Below the pieces are notes generated by a model. The model searched no databases and had not been told where the DNA came from. It saw only the letters and a list, made by a program, of their open reading frames with translations. A program made the position numbers and the translations under genes. Below are positions 1 to 7,870 of a stretch of 42,930 nucleotides of DNA, piece by piece (positions within the stretch are counted from its first letter, which is position 1; each line of letters opens with the position of its first letter). Origin of the DNA: a virus. Its lineage: Duplodnaviria; Caudoviricetes. The stretch lies in IMG/VR virus record IMGVR_UViG_3300027706_000085, positions 1 through 42,930 of that record; one strand, written 5' to 3'.

Positions 1-134
1 AGTCCCCCACCGAGGCCCGCACCGAGTCCCACACCGAGGCCCCCACCGAGGCCCCCACCGAGGCCCGCACCGAGTCCCACACCGAGGCCCACACCGAGTC
101 CCACACCGAGGCCCGCACCGAGTCCCACACCGAG
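1..134. repeat. 12-bp degenerate coding tandem repeat (minus TCG GTG NGG GMC = S-V-[W/R/G]-[D/A])
   Basis: Directly visible; same unit as 42652-42930. Confidence 0.95.
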
Positions 135-358
135 GGTGGCCTTAGCACTGCCTTTGCGAGCGCATTCCCTAGCGGCGATCCGCACCAAATGATTCGCTTC
201 GGCGGCTCAATTCCTCCGCACCTATACATCTCTGCGATGGCAGCCTCAGCCCTCGGCCTATCCGCAGGCTTGCAGCATAGGCCGCGCTCTGTCCAATCGC
301 GCACGTAGTCAGGAAACTTTGCGACTTGCGCATCGGTCAGTTTTTTGATTACAGCCAT
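1..358 (-). CDS. DUF6745-like protein, N-terminal half (continues across the contig junction into 41997..42930)
   Basis: Manual translation from ATG 358: MAVIKKLTDAQVAKFPDYVRDWTERGLCCKPADRPRAEAAIAEMYRCGGIEPPKRIIWCGSP..., running into SVWD/SVRA repeats. Not in the ORF track because it runs off the end. In frame with 41997..42929 when position 1 is aligned to 42872. Confidence 0.85.
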   Translation of the reverse strand, partial: MAVIKKLTDAQVAKFPDYVRDWTERGLCCKPADRPRAEAAIAEMYRCGGIEPPKRIIWCGSPLGNALAKAVLRPPSVWDSVRASVWDSVWASVWDSVRASVGASVGASVWDSVRASVGD

Positions 359-651
359 CGCATCACCCCATCCAGATAGGCCTCTCGCGCGTTTGGATGG
401 CCCAGCGCGGGCGCTCCCATGTTCCCCGCGTGCACCCTGGGGCAGCCCGGCACAGGGCAGCGGTAAATCTTGCGGCTCTTGCGCCACTGCTCCGCACGCT
501 CTTCACCGCGTTTGTGCGTTGCGCCCGTGGCGCAGAATCGCGGCACGGCAAGCGGCACCAAATGCATCGTGCGGCCATGCACCGGACAAACCGGTCGCGG
601 CGACTTCCGCCAGCGCGGGAAGTTGCGGGGGTTGTCGGCTGTGGCTCTCAA
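349..651 (-). CDS. Hypothetical Cys/His (zinc-finger-like) protein
   Basis: CPVH...YRCPVPGCPRVH motifs. Probable TTG start at 651 overlapping the upstream stop, with a GGAGGG RBS. Confidence 0.6.
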   Translation of the reverse strand: MRATADNPRNFPRWRKSPRPVCPVHGRTMHLVPLAVPRFCATGATHKRGEERAEQWRKSRKIYRCPVPGCPRVHAGNMGAPALGHPNAREAYLDGVMRWL

Positions 652-902
652 TTCACCCTCCCCATGCGCATGCGCTCCCAAATTTCCCGCGCTTCCTGCC
701 ATGCCTTCACCGCAGGCAGCAGGTTCTCCCAGTCGTCCATCTGCACGACCTGCGCCGCGCGCTCGAGCGCGATGAAGTAGTTCGCCCGCGCCAGCATGTA
801 CTCGAACTCTTCGGGCTGGAGCTGCGTGCCCGCAAGGGCAGTAGCGCCAGTTGCTACCGTTTCGTTTGGCACGTTGGATTTAGCTCCAGCCCCGAAGATC
901 AT
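648..902 (-). CDS. Hypothetical protein
   Basis: 3' part of ORF 648..1076; ATG at 902 coupled (ATGA) to the stop of 899..1051. Confidence 0.6.
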   Translation of the reverse strand: MIFGAGAKSNVPNETVATGATALAGTQLQPEEFEYMLARANYFIALERAAQVVQMDDWENLLPAVKAWQEAREIWERMRMGRVN

Positions 903-1051
903 AGATGCCTCCCCACCCAGAATTTCAGCACTTGCCACAGCGCGGCCCAGTTCGCCAGCACTTCCAGCCCAAAGGCGAGCGCAATCATCCCGTACGCAAA
1001 GCCCTTGAGCAGCGCGAGATCCACTACTGGCGGTCGGTCGCTGAATCTCAT
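899..1051 (-). CDS. Small membrane protein (50 aa)
   Basis: Manual translation MRFSDRPPVVDLALLKGFAYGMIALAFGLEVLANWAALWQVLKFWVGRHL; ATGA overlaps at both ends. Confidence 0.65.
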   Translation of the reverse strand: MRFSDRPPVVDLALLKGFAYGMIALAFGLEVLANWAALWQVLKFWVGRHL

Positions 1052-1230
1052 GGCTGTTTGTCCCAGATACGGCCAAGAATTTCTTTCTGCTTATCGCTTA
1101 AACGGCGATGCCGCACCCAATGGTCACTTACGGATTCCACGAAGCTGCGCTCCCAATCATTCAGCCGCTCCACTTGAATGCCGTCCAGAATGTAATCAAT
1201 CGCGTTGTCCGTAAGCTCTTCCTGCTTCAT
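1048..1230 (-). CDS. Hypothetical phage protein (WERSFVESV...LSDKQ type)
   Basis: ATG at 1230 just after the upstream stop; the L-x-x-WE-x-x-F...LS-x-KQ motif is common in phage early genes. Confidence 0.7.
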   Translation of the reverse strand: MKQEELTDNAIDYILDGIQVERLNDWERSFVESVSDHWVRHRRLSDKQKEILGRIWDKQP

Positions 1231-1231
1231 T

Positions 1232-1396
1232 TCACCAGTCCTCACTAAGTTCAGCGTTTGGCAATTCCTCGTCCCAAGGAGCACAACCAAAAGCAAAGAA
1301 TAGTCCGCATTTCGTGCATTCGTGACCGTAGTAGACCTCCTTGAATTCGTGGTCTTTCCATTCCCGACATGCGGGCGGGCGGTCGCTGAATCTCAT
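1232..1396 (-). CDS. Small Cys/His-rich protein
   Basis: MRFSDRPPACREWKDHEF...HECTKCG; ATGA coupling with the HNH stop. Confidence 0.6.
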   Translation of the reverse strand: MRFSDRPPACREWKDHEFKEVYYGHECTKCGLFFAFGCAPWDEELPNAELSEDW

Positions 1397-1767
1397 GCCG
1401 CGCTCCTTTTGCTCCATCTCACCTTGCGTTTGTCCAGTAACTCGTGATGCAGCCTGCACAGCGCCATGAGATTTGACAGCCTGTCGTCGCGCCGTTTGCT
1501 GCGCGGGATGATGTGATGCGGGTCATGAGCTTCGCTGCGGCAACGCTCTTTTTGAGGGATCCAGTTCCTGTCGCTCAAATAACGAATACTTACCCCGTTT
1601 ACTACGATTTGCTCGCACCTTCCTCCGCACCGCACCCACAACTCTTTCTTCCGCTTGGTCCAGTCCTTGCCATGCAGCACTTCGCTGCCGTCTGCCCGAA
1701 CATAGCTCTTCGGGTGAGTGTAGCCACGCTGTTTCTTGAGTTCAGGGTCACGCGCCGTCTGGGGCAT
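1393..1767 (-). CDS. HNH endonuclease
   Basis: CGGRCE...DPHHIIPRSKRRDDRLSNLMALCRLHH; probable ATG at 1767. Confidence 0.85.
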   Translation of the reverse strand: MPQTARDPELKKQRGYTHPKSYVRADGSEVLHGKDWTKRKKELWVRCGGRCEQIVVNGVSIRYLSDRNWIPQKERCRSEAHDPHHIIPRSKRRDDRLSNLMALCRLHHELLDKRKVRWSKRSAA

Positions 1768-2008
1768 TGCCTCTCCTCTCGATCGCCCGTTGTAGCGCCT
1801 CATCCGCTTTCTGCATCGCTACAATCAGGTAGTCCACGGCATGTTGCTTGCCCAGATGCTCCACCCAATCCGAGAAGAACTCGTTGAACGAAATCACCTG
1901 GTTCTCATCGGCCATGAAGGTCACTTTGCGCAGCCGGATTCCCGCCGCCTTGCGGCGATTCGTTGCCGCGAGAAATGTCTGCTTCTCCTGCTCGCTAAGC
2001 TCTAGCAC
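1748..2008 (-). CDS. Hypothetical protein
   Basis: Tightly packed ORF in the minus-strand operon. Confidence 0.6.
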   Translation of the reverse strand: MLELSEQEKQTFLAATNRRKAAGIRLRKVTFMADENQVISFNEFFSDWVEHLGKQHAVDYLIVAMQKADEALQRAIERRGNAPDGA

Positions 2009-2678
2009 GCTTCACGCTCTCTTCGAGTGCGCCCTGGAGCCCGCCCTTCAAGCGCACTACAAGGTCGTCCACTTCGCGCAAGAATGCCTGCGCCTCAAAC
2101 TCCATCGCGCTAATTGTTTCGGGCGAATAGGGCAAGCGGCACACAAACAGGTCCAGCGGCTCAGGAAAATCTGGACAGTACGAAACGAAGTCGCACCATT
2201 CGTACCCCGGGCAGCAGGCCATCTGCCACATCATCTGCGGGACGTACAACTCCGGCACTACTTCGCCCAACAGGTAATTCGCATGCGTCGAAGGCTTCGG
2301 GCATTTGAACTCGACCAGCCCGTCGCCCACCAGCCCGTCCGGCGAGCATCCCGCCCATTCGATTGTCGGATGGAGCACAAAGCCTACTTGCGTCACTTCC
2401 TGCCCAGTGCGCAACTCATAGGCCGCTCTTGCCAGCGGCTCCAATTCCCTGCCGCGCTCCATCCATGACGTGACTACATGCTCAGCGGGCTTGCCCGTGA
2501 TGCGCTCGACGGCCAGTTCTACTTTCAGGTCGTAGCGCGCCTTTAGCTCGCTGTTCGTCTCGCGCTTGGACTTGCGGATGGCGTCTCCGATACGCGAGGC
2601 TGTGAGCATCCCGATGCGGCTCTCGAACCACTCGGCAGACCCCTGCAAGCACGAAATTATGTTCAGTTGGTCGTTCAT
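1995..2678 (-). CDS. YqaJ/lambda-exonuclease family recombination exonuclease
   Basis: QGSAEWFESRIGMLTAS, MERGRELEPLAR, GCSPDGLVGDGLVEFKCP, YVPQMMWQM; ATG at 2678. Confidence 0.93.
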   Translation of the reverse strand: MNDQLNIISCLQGSAEWFESRIGMLTASRIGDAIRKSKRETNSELKARYDLKVELAVERITGKPAEHVVTSWMERGRELEPLARAAYELRTGQEVTQVGFVLHPTIEWAGCSPDGLVGDGLVEFKCPKPSTHANYLLGEVVPELYVPQMMWQMACCPGYEWCDFVSYCPDFPEPLDLFVCRLPYSPETISAMEFEAQAFLREVDDLVVRLKGGLQGALEESVKRARA

Positions 2679-3307
2679 TTGGAGACCGTCCGTATAGGTG
2701 TGAGAAGCCGATAAATGTTCCAACCAGCTTTCCACCTTCGATACACAGTCTTGAAAGCAATTCCAGATTGTTCGGCCCATTCACTTAGAGTTCTTCGTTG
2801 GCCATTGATTGTTACGAGAACATTGGTGCGACGATTTAGAGCTTGCTCGCGGCGCGTTGCCCATCGACAATTCCCTGGCTCATAGTTGCCATCGTTGTTG
2901 ATGCGATCAATCGAATGATGCGGCGATGGCCGTGAGCCCATATCGCTCAGAAAATCGGCAAATGAAGCACGCCAGCGTTTACACATCCGTATGCCGCGTC
3001 CACCATAATTCGGGTATTCAGGTCTCCGTTGGTTATAGCAACGGGTATGAATGTCGGTCCAAATCCTGAACTCTGCTGTGTTCGTCAACCCGTGCGTGCT
3101 CTGCCTAAGTATTGCGCGCTGTTTGGCACACTTGTGGCACGTTGTTATTCTGCCGCTTCTCACTGCCACGCCATCTGCCTCACGTGAATTGCCACAAGCG
3201 CATCGGAACATCCAAATGCGGTTATTTGCTGCGCTGCGCCTCCCAGTTGGAGCGATGGCCGTCAGCTCCCCAAAGGCTTGGCCCGCAATGTCAATGGGCT
3301 TACTCAT
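2675..3307 (-). CDS. HNH-type homing endonuclease (free-standing)
   Basis: GQAFGELTAI, WMFRCACG, YGGRGIRMC, HSIDRINNDGNYEPGNCRWAT; lies between ERF and the exonuclease. Confidence 0.88.
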   Translation of the reverse strand: MSKPIDIAGQAFGELTAIAPTGRRSAANNRIWMFRCACGNSREADGVAVRSGRITTCHKCAKQRAILRQSTHGLTNTAEFRIWTDIHTRCYNQRRPEYPNYGGRGIRMCKRWRASFADFLSDMGSRPSPHHSIDRINNDGNYEPGNCRWATRREQALNRRTNVLVTINGQRRTLSEWAEQSGIAFKTVYRRWKAGWNIYRLLTPIRTVSK

Positions 3308-4086
3308 GCTCTGAGCGCCGCCTCGCGCTTCCTGCGAGCGTCCATGAATACCGCCACGGCTTTCGGGTCTTGCGCATGCAGGCCGGATTTAATGGCCTCG
3401 GTGTACGCCTTCGCCAGTTCATCCATGTTGCTCGCCGCTTCGATGTTCGAGACGAAGTCCGCAGCATTGCCCATCGTCACGCCGTCCGTGTCCTCATCGC
3501 TGGTCGCCATGCCGAGCACGCCAAGCAAGGTGTAGCGCCGCAGGTAGCTCACTGTCGAGCCGATAGCCTGCACGCCGTTCTTCGAGCCGCTGGGGTCTGC
3601 GGCTGCGCTCAGTGTGCTCTCGACTGAATAGCCCCTCTTGTGCTTGAGCGAGCAAGTAACCGTGATGGATGAACCATCCTGCGTTTGCGTCCAGTTGTAG
3701 CTGAGGCTGTGCTTCGCCAAAACCGGCCCAAGCGTGTTTGCAATCACATCGAGGGGTGTGTACTTGTACGCGGCCCTGCCCGCGCCAAAACTGACTTCCT
3801 TGGTCTTTTCGAGCTTCGGAGCCTCGGCCTTGAAGGCTGCGAATGCTTCGCCGAACTCTCGGCGGGCCTCTCCCGCTTCCCATCGCTCTTGCAACTCCAA
3901 GAGCTTCGTAAGCGTGTCCACGTTCGCCCCGCGCTGCACGGCTTCTTGCAGTACGCTCAGTGGCGTGGGAGCGGGAATGACCGGCGCGGGCTGCTGCTGC
4001 TGCACGATAATCGCCTCGCGCACTTCCTGCTTCGGTTCGCCGTTCTGTGGCGCGTCAATCACCGGCTTGCTCTTCGTTGGTCCCAT
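3304..4086 (-). CDS. erf: ERF-family single-strand annealing protein
   Basis: YKYTPLDVI...LAKHSLSY and AIGSTVSYLRRYTLLGVLGMATSDEDTDG (ERF G-S-x-x-S/T-Y-x-R-R-Y...D-x-D motif). Confidence 0.92.
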   Translation of the reverse strand: MGPTKSKPVIDAPQNGEPKQEVREAIIVQQQQPAPVIPAPTPLSVLQEAVQRGANVDTLTKLLELQERWEAGEARREFGEAFAAFKAEAPKLEKTKEVSFGAGRAAYKYTPLDVIANTLGPVLAKHSLSYNWTQTQDGSSITVTCSLKHKRGYSVESTLSAAADPSGSKNGVQAIGSTVSYLRRYTLLGVLGMATSDEDTDGVTMGNAADFVSNIEAASNMDELAKAYTEAIKSGLHAQDPKAVAVFMDARRKREAALRA

Positions 4087-4098
4087 CGCACCCTCCTT

Positions 4099-4299
4099 TT
4101 AGACCGTATGGGCTATGAGCGTTTGCAGGACATGGTCGTAATTCCCTGCTCGACACTCAGCTAGTACAGTGTTGATCTCGTCTTGCGTCCATCCCTCACG
4201 CTTGGCTTGGCGGGAAAATGCGCCCATCAGCATGAATGCGTTTCCGTCCAACCCTTCGAGGTTAAGATTTACTGTCTTGCCGCCCACTAAGTTCTGCAT
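4099..4299 (-). CDS. Conserved small phage protein (DGNAF...GNYDHVLQT type)
   Basis: Strong AAGGAGG RBS; LxGxDGNAF and YDHxL motifs; flanked by a 19-bp direct repeat. Confidence 0.8.
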   Translation of the reverse strand: MQNLVGGKTVNLNLEGLDGNAFMLMGAFSRQAKREGWTQDEINTVLAECRAGNYDHVLQTLIAHTV

Positions 4300-4450
4300 C
4301 GCACCCTCCTTTTAGGCTCTGAATCTTCATCAGCATGCGGTCCGCGAAGGTGTCCATCTCCTCTTCGCTCATCGCGGTCCTGCGGTACGGCGCATGCGTC
4401 ACTTCGGTGAGCACGTCCGCCATCTCGCTGAAAAACTGCTCAGGACTCAT
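4262..4450 (-). CDS. Hypothetical protein
   Basis: MSPEQFFSEMADV...; GGAGGAG RBS. Confidence 0.55.
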   Translation of the reverse strand: MSPEQFFSEMADVLTEVTHAPYRRTAMSEEEMDTFADRMLMKIQSLKGGCDAELSGRQDSKS

Positions 4451-4610
4451 CGCTCTCCTCCGCCTCAAAATCCATGCAGCCGCAAGGTCCAGGCGCTACC
4501 CACCCTCCGCAGTTGGTTCCTTCCACCCAGACATCCGGTCGCTCGATTTGGCACCCGTGGCGGTCCCAATGCGCATCCTTGTCATGGCCGCAATTCGCGC
4601 AGATGCTCAT
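4440..4610 (-). CDS. Small zinc-finger-like protein (56 aa)
   Basis: Manual translation MSICANCGHDKDAHWDRHGC...GPCGCMDFE; fills the gap between neighbours with coupled start/stop. Confidence 0.65.
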   Translation of the reverse strand: MSICANCGHDKDAHWDRHGCQIERPDVWVEGTNCGGWVAPGPCGCMDFEAEESDES

Positions 4611-4781
4611 TTCAGCGCCTCCAGCACCATCCGCGTAATTGCATCGCTGCGCAGCCGCAGCTTGCGGGATTGCTCCAGGTACGGCTTGACGGTCTCTTGC
4701 TCGTCGTACCGCCCCTCGGCTTCGTCATCGCCTGAGGTCATGTCAGGATTCTCATAATCGCCCGCACAGTGTGAGCACATC
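4607..4781 (-). CDS. Hypothetical protein
   Basis: 3' part of ORF 4607..4846 (MCSHCAGDY...); start approximate. Confidence 0.5.
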
Positions 4782-4986
4782 ACGCACCTGCCTTTCTGTT
4801 TTCCGCTTCCGCGTAAGCCTTGCTCCGCGATATCGCGTATTCCCAAACGTCATTGGGTGTCAGCGCGGCCAATGTGCCAAGGAGATATGCCTCGAAGGTT
4901 CTCCTGTCGCCGCGAAGGTCGAGCTCCGTGCGGTCCAGAAGGTCTCCGTTGCCGCTGTAAATTCGAGTTGGTATAAATGCGCTCAT
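4780..4986 (-). CDS. Hypothetical protein
   Basis: MSAFIPTRIYSGNG...; ATGA overlap with the upstream small membrane gene. Confidence 0.6.
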   Translation of the reverse strand: MSAFIPTRIYSGNGDLLDRTELDLRGDRRTFEAYLLGTLAALTPNDVWEYAISRSKAYAEAENRKAGA

Positions 4987-5156
4987 GGCAGATGCCTCGC
5001 TATCCAGTCTGTAACCCAAATCAGGCCCCACGCGGTCAGCGCACCGAACACGCCGCACGCCACAATCCACGGCCACAGGCGCATCTCGCGCTTCGCTACT
5101 CGCTGTGTGCGAATGTGGCCCGGCCCAACAAACACTTGCTCGTCCTCGGCAATCAC
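4983..5156 (-). CDS. Small membrane protein
   Basis: Manual translation MIAEDEQVFVGPGHIRTQRVAKREMRLWPWIVACGVFGALTAWGLIWVTDWIARHLP; GTGA overlap with the RHH gene. Confidence 0.6.
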   Translation of the reverse strand: MIAEDEQVFVGPGHIRTQRVAKREMRLWPWIVACGVFGALTAWGLIWVTDWIARHLP

Positions 5157-5398
5157 GCTCCACCTCCCGTCACTGGATTTCCGTAGATGTCTACCTCATA
5201 GCAGGGGGCGCAGACGCGCGGTGCCTTTACCTTTTCGGGATATCGCGCATCCTTATGGACTCGTTGCTCGAACAGGCGTTCTTTTCCAAGCGCCATCAGG
5301 TGGCCTGCCATCGAGGAGACGCTCCGGTTTTCGCTCTTGGCCAGCGCCTTAATTTCGCGCTCGACTTTCTGGGATACGACAATTTGAAGTCTTGGCAT
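5153..5398 (-). CDS. Ribbon-helix-helix (Arc/CopG-like) transcriptional regulator, first gene of the early operon
   Basis: MPRLQIVVSQKVEREIKALAKSENRSVSSMAGHLM fits the RHH beta-alpha-alpha pattern; C-terminal CxxC. Confidence 0.75.
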   Translation of the reverse strand: MPRLQIVVSQKVEREIKALAKSENRSVSSMAGHLMALGKERLFEQRVHKDARYPEKVKAPRVCAPCYEVDIYGNPVTGGGA

Positions 5399-5404
5399 GG
5401 GCGC

Positions 5405-5434
5405 AAAATACTATGCAGTAGTATGCGCTGTCAA
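5405..5434 (-). promoter_or_regulatory. Sigma70-like early promoter (leaderless) with overlapping palindromic operator
   Basis: Minus strand TTGACA(5434-5429)-N18-TATTTT(5410-5405)-N6-ATG; palindrome ATACTA-N5-TAGTAT at 5408-5424. Confidence 0.7.
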
Positions 5435-5451
5435 GGACTAATCTTAAAGAA

Positions 5452-5468
5452 TGTGCGATAATCGCACA
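5452..5468. promoter_or_regulatory. Perfect palindrome TGTGCGAT-A-ATCGCACA (operator-like)
   Basis: Seen directly, just upstream of the -35 box; a 1-nt centre is too tight for a hairpin. Confidence 0.5.
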
Positions 5469-5472
5469 CTAT

Positions 5473-5733
5473 TTACGGGCAGGTGCGCCACTCGATAGCG
5501 CCAGCGCCGAATCGCGCGGCGATTTCAGCCTTTACGGCGTCTGTCGTGGCTTCGATGTAGAGGACGCGGAGTTCAATGGGCTGGTCCGGCAGTTCGCGGG
5601 CGTACAGAATGCCCACGGCGCGGAAGGGCGGGTCATGCGGATCGCGGCGGAAAGTGTTGGAGACGCCGCCAGGTCGCGGGATGATGAGCGGTTCGCCTAG
5701 CTTGGCAGGCTCAGCGGAACTACTACCAGACAT
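5473..5733 (-). CDS. Hypothetical protein
   Basis: ORF at the end of the late operon; no recognisable motif. Confidence 0.4.
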   Translation of the reverse strand: MSGSSSAEPAKLGEPLIIPRPGGVSNTFRRDPHDPPFRAVGILYARELPDQPIELRVLYIEATTDAVKAEIAARFGAGAIEWRTCP

Positions 5734-5872
5734 AGGGGGAAGATGTAGTGTGATGGCGCTGCTCAGCGCAGGCTTTCGCCCCGCAGCAGGAGTACGCCAC
5801 TCGGCGCGTCCAGCGGTACAGCAGGAACGCGGCTAAGCCGATGAGGAAGAGAGCGCTAATCGCTTTTCGCAC
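5723..5872 (-). CDS. Small membrane protein
   Basis: Manual translation VRKAISALFLIGLAAFLLYRWTRRVAYSCCGAKACAEQRH... Confidence 0.45.
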   Translation of the reverse strand: MRKAISALFLIGLAAFLLYRWTRRVAYSCCGAKACAEQRHHTTSSPYVW

Positions 5873-5888
5873 GCTTCACCTGAACTAC

Positions 5889-6092
5889 TTAGCAGCCCAC
5901 CTTTTCCTTGATTACCAGTCCTGTGCAGTGGAGATGCTGCAAGACATCCCCGCGACACTCGGCTTTGTCACTCAGGGAAATATCGGTCAGGCACTGGCGG
6001 GGCACAACCACAGCCGTTGCTTTTGGTTTCTGCGCCGCACAGCCACAGAGAAGCAATGCCGCGCTAACGATACACTTTCGAGAAATGCGCAC
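5889..6092 (-). CDS. Putative lipoprotein (o-spanin candidate)
   Basis: GTG start; SAALLLCGC lipobox followed by a Cys/Pro-containing periplasmic part; downstream of the lysis genes. Confidence 0.6.
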   Translation of the reverse strand: MRISRKCIVSAALLLCGCAAQKPKATAVVVPRQCLTDISLSDKAECRGDVLQHLHCTGLVIKEKVGC

Positions 6093-6252
6093 CGACAAAC
6101 CACGCAATCGGGCCGCACACGAGCAAGCCCTTATTGAGGAAAGACAGTTCATTCCAGCCGCGGAACAGCGCCAGCGCGAACAGCACAATCCCCAGTATCT
6201 TCAGCACGTAGTCCAGATACACCGTCTTTGAGAGCGTCTCGAGAAAGCTCAT
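6064..6252 (-). CDS. Two-TM small membrane protein
   Basis: Two hydrophobic stretches; AGGAGG RBS. Confidence 0.65.
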   Translation of the reverse strand: MSFLETLSKTVYLDYVLKILGIVLFALALFRGWNELSFLNKGLLVCGPIAWFVGAHFSKVYR

Positions 6253-6287
6253 TTGTTTCCTCCTATGCCGAGAATTTCGGTTCCTAA

Positions 6288-6530
6288 CTATTTCCCTGCC
6301 GGTCGCTTGTCCAGCCCATTTTCTGCAAGGATGGCCGCAACGTCATCCACATGCAGGCAATCGACCATGCAAGCGTAGTCGTTGGGCGGCTGAATCGCCG
6401 CAATATTGCCATTGCAGTAATCGTTTCCCGGAGTTGCGCTGTGGAGCACACCATAGGCAACGATCTTGCCATCTTGCAACTTCACGATTTTGTCGCCGTT
6501 CTTTGCTTCACGTCCATTTCTGTAGTGCAT
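6288..6530 (-). CDS. Conserved hypothetical phage protein (MHYRNGREAKNGD type)
   Basis: AAGGAG RBS; N-terminal motif familiar from phage genomes. Confidence 0.75.
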   Translation of the reverse strand: MHYRNGREAKNGDKIVKLQDGKIVAYGVLHSATPGNDYCNGNIAAIQPPNDYACMVDCLHVDDVAAILAENGLDKRPAGK

Positions 6531-6749
6531 TTATCTCTCGCTCCTTAAAAGTAAGTTGAATCCCTTGGTAAGACGAAACGGAATCCGTCCATGGGTCAGG
6601 CTGTAAACGTCTGGCTCTTCTCGCGGGATATTTCCGCGGCCAAAATGCTCAGCATGCAACGTGCAGGCGCATTCGGCCAAGCCAATGCACTTCGGGCATT
6701 GGTACCTACCATCATCATAGAAGCCATCCGCTTGGTCATTCGTGCTCAT
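6531..6749 (-). CDS. Hypothetical Cys-rich protein
   Basis: MSTNDQ...CPKC...CAC; ATGA overlap with the spanin stop. Confidence 0.5.
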   Translation of the reverse strand: MSTNDQADGFYDDGRYQCPKCIGLAECACTLHAEHFGRGNIPREEPDVYSLTHGRIPFRLTKGFNLLLRSER

Positions 6750-7363
6750 AGCAGTGAACACACCACCGCGCCGCCCACGGCCCCTATCGCAGCGCCCTTG
6801 CTGCCCTGTGTGCCCCCCGCCGCCGCCCCGGCCCCTGCGCAGGCGATTACCTTGACCTGCTTGCCAAGGCGATGCAGCCATGAGCCGCCCTTGAGCGCCT
6901 TCTGCAGGTTCGCGTTCTCGCTCTGGAGCGCCTGAACGTCCTTTTGCGAGGCTGCTAGATTCGCTTTGCATTCCTCGCAGGCGACAACCGCTTTCCCCGC
7001 CGGTACAACGTCCTCGGCGGGAATCACGATGGGCTTATTCGGCGGGGCGTTCGGCAAATCCTTGAGCGATTGCGGCAAGGGGCTATCGCTCGTGTCTATG
7101 TGCACTGGGACGGGCAGGGGAATGTATTTATTGATGACGCGCACTGTGTCTGCGGAAGTCTTGATAGCGTCCTTCTCGGCCTGTAGCTGCTTGAGGGCTG
7201 CGTCCAGCTCGGCCTTGTCAGCCGCACGCTGCTTTTCGATCGCTCCGTTAGCGGCTTTGGCCTCTAGGATGCGGTCGTGCGCGTCGAGCCAGTACTTCCC
7301 TGCCGCTGCGCCAACCATCAGCACGATGACGCCTAGAAGGGCTTTGTGCTTCCAGTCAAGCAT
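6746..7363 (-). CDS. Putative i-spanin (Rz-like) with C-terminal glycine-zipper
   Basis: N-terminal TM, two coiled coils separated by a Pro-rich linker, CEEC; lysis-cassette context. Confidence 0.65.
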   Translation of the reverse strand: MLDWKHKALLGVIVLMVGAAAGKYWLDAHDRILEAKAANGAIEKQRAADKAELDAALKQLQAEKDAIKTSADTVRVINKYIPLPVPVHIDTSDSPLPQSLKDLPNAPPNKPIVIPAEDVVPAGKAVVACEECKANLAASQKDVQALQSENANLQKALKGGSWLHRLGKQVKVIACAGAGAAAGGTQGSKGAAIGAVGGAVVCSLL

Positions 7364-7817
7364 GCGCTTCCCACCTTAGCTTTTCCTGCCCATAAATCTG
7401 TTGATAGCGGCGCTGCCGATTAGGCCTACTCCATCCCCCTGGGGATGTCTGCGCGACTACTTTCCACCCGGCTCCTCGCAGACTCGCCCCGCTCTCCGTT
7501 GTCAGCGTGTATGTGACCAAACGTTTTCCGCCCATTGCTCGCCACGCCCGCCAGCACGCGGCATAAAGGAAACTGTTAACGTTCTTTGGCGCATTCGGAA
7601 GCGTACAGGTGCGCAACACCTCTGCGGTAAAAGCGTCATTCAGCAATCTCGCTATGGGCCTCCCCACTATTGCCACCCCCACTAACTCCTCCCCGTCCCG
7701 AGCGCCAATAGCAAATTTACCCCCATCGCGCGACGTTCTTCCGTTGTGGCGGTGAAAGCAAGTCACGAAGTCATTAGCCTTGCGAAGAGTGAGCGGGATA
7801 AGTTCAAGGACCATCAA
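7356..7817 (-). CDS. XF1762-family protein (Mom-like GNAT fold)
   Basis: ANDFV..FHRHN, GVAIVGRPIARLL, EVLRTC, SFLYAACWRAWRAMGGKRLVTYTLTTESGASLRGAGW. Confidence 0.85.
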   Translation of the reverse strand: MMVLELIPLTLRKANDFVTCFHRHNGRTSRDGGKFAIGARDGEELVGVAIVGRPIARLLNDAFTAEVLRTCTLPNAPKNVNSFLYAACWRAWRAMGGKRLVTYTLTTESGASLRGAGWKVVAQTSPGGWSRPNRQRRYQQIYGQEKLRWEAHA

Positions 7818-7870
7818 ATCATCTTCGCCTATTTTTCGCCTTGGTCAATGGTACTCACGGCTGGTCCGTA

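Noticed and set aside
1-134. Terminal repeat array as CRISPR, telomere or true terminal repeat
   Set aside because: The units are contiguous 12-mers without spacers and encode an in-frame tetrapeptide repeat. The end overlap is an assembly break in a coding repeat, not evidence of physical termini.
345-1214. Long plus-strand ORFs here and elsewhere (e.g. 1848..2468, 18474..19187, 29381..30448)
   Set aside because: Antisense to well-supported, tightly coupled minus-strand genes in GC-rich DNA.
5440-5475. dif-like XerC/D site that could explain integrase-free lysogeny
   Set aside because: One arm (GTGCGATAA/GTGCGATTA) loosely resembles a XerC arm, but the XerD arm and spacer match poorly; an operator palindrome explains it better.
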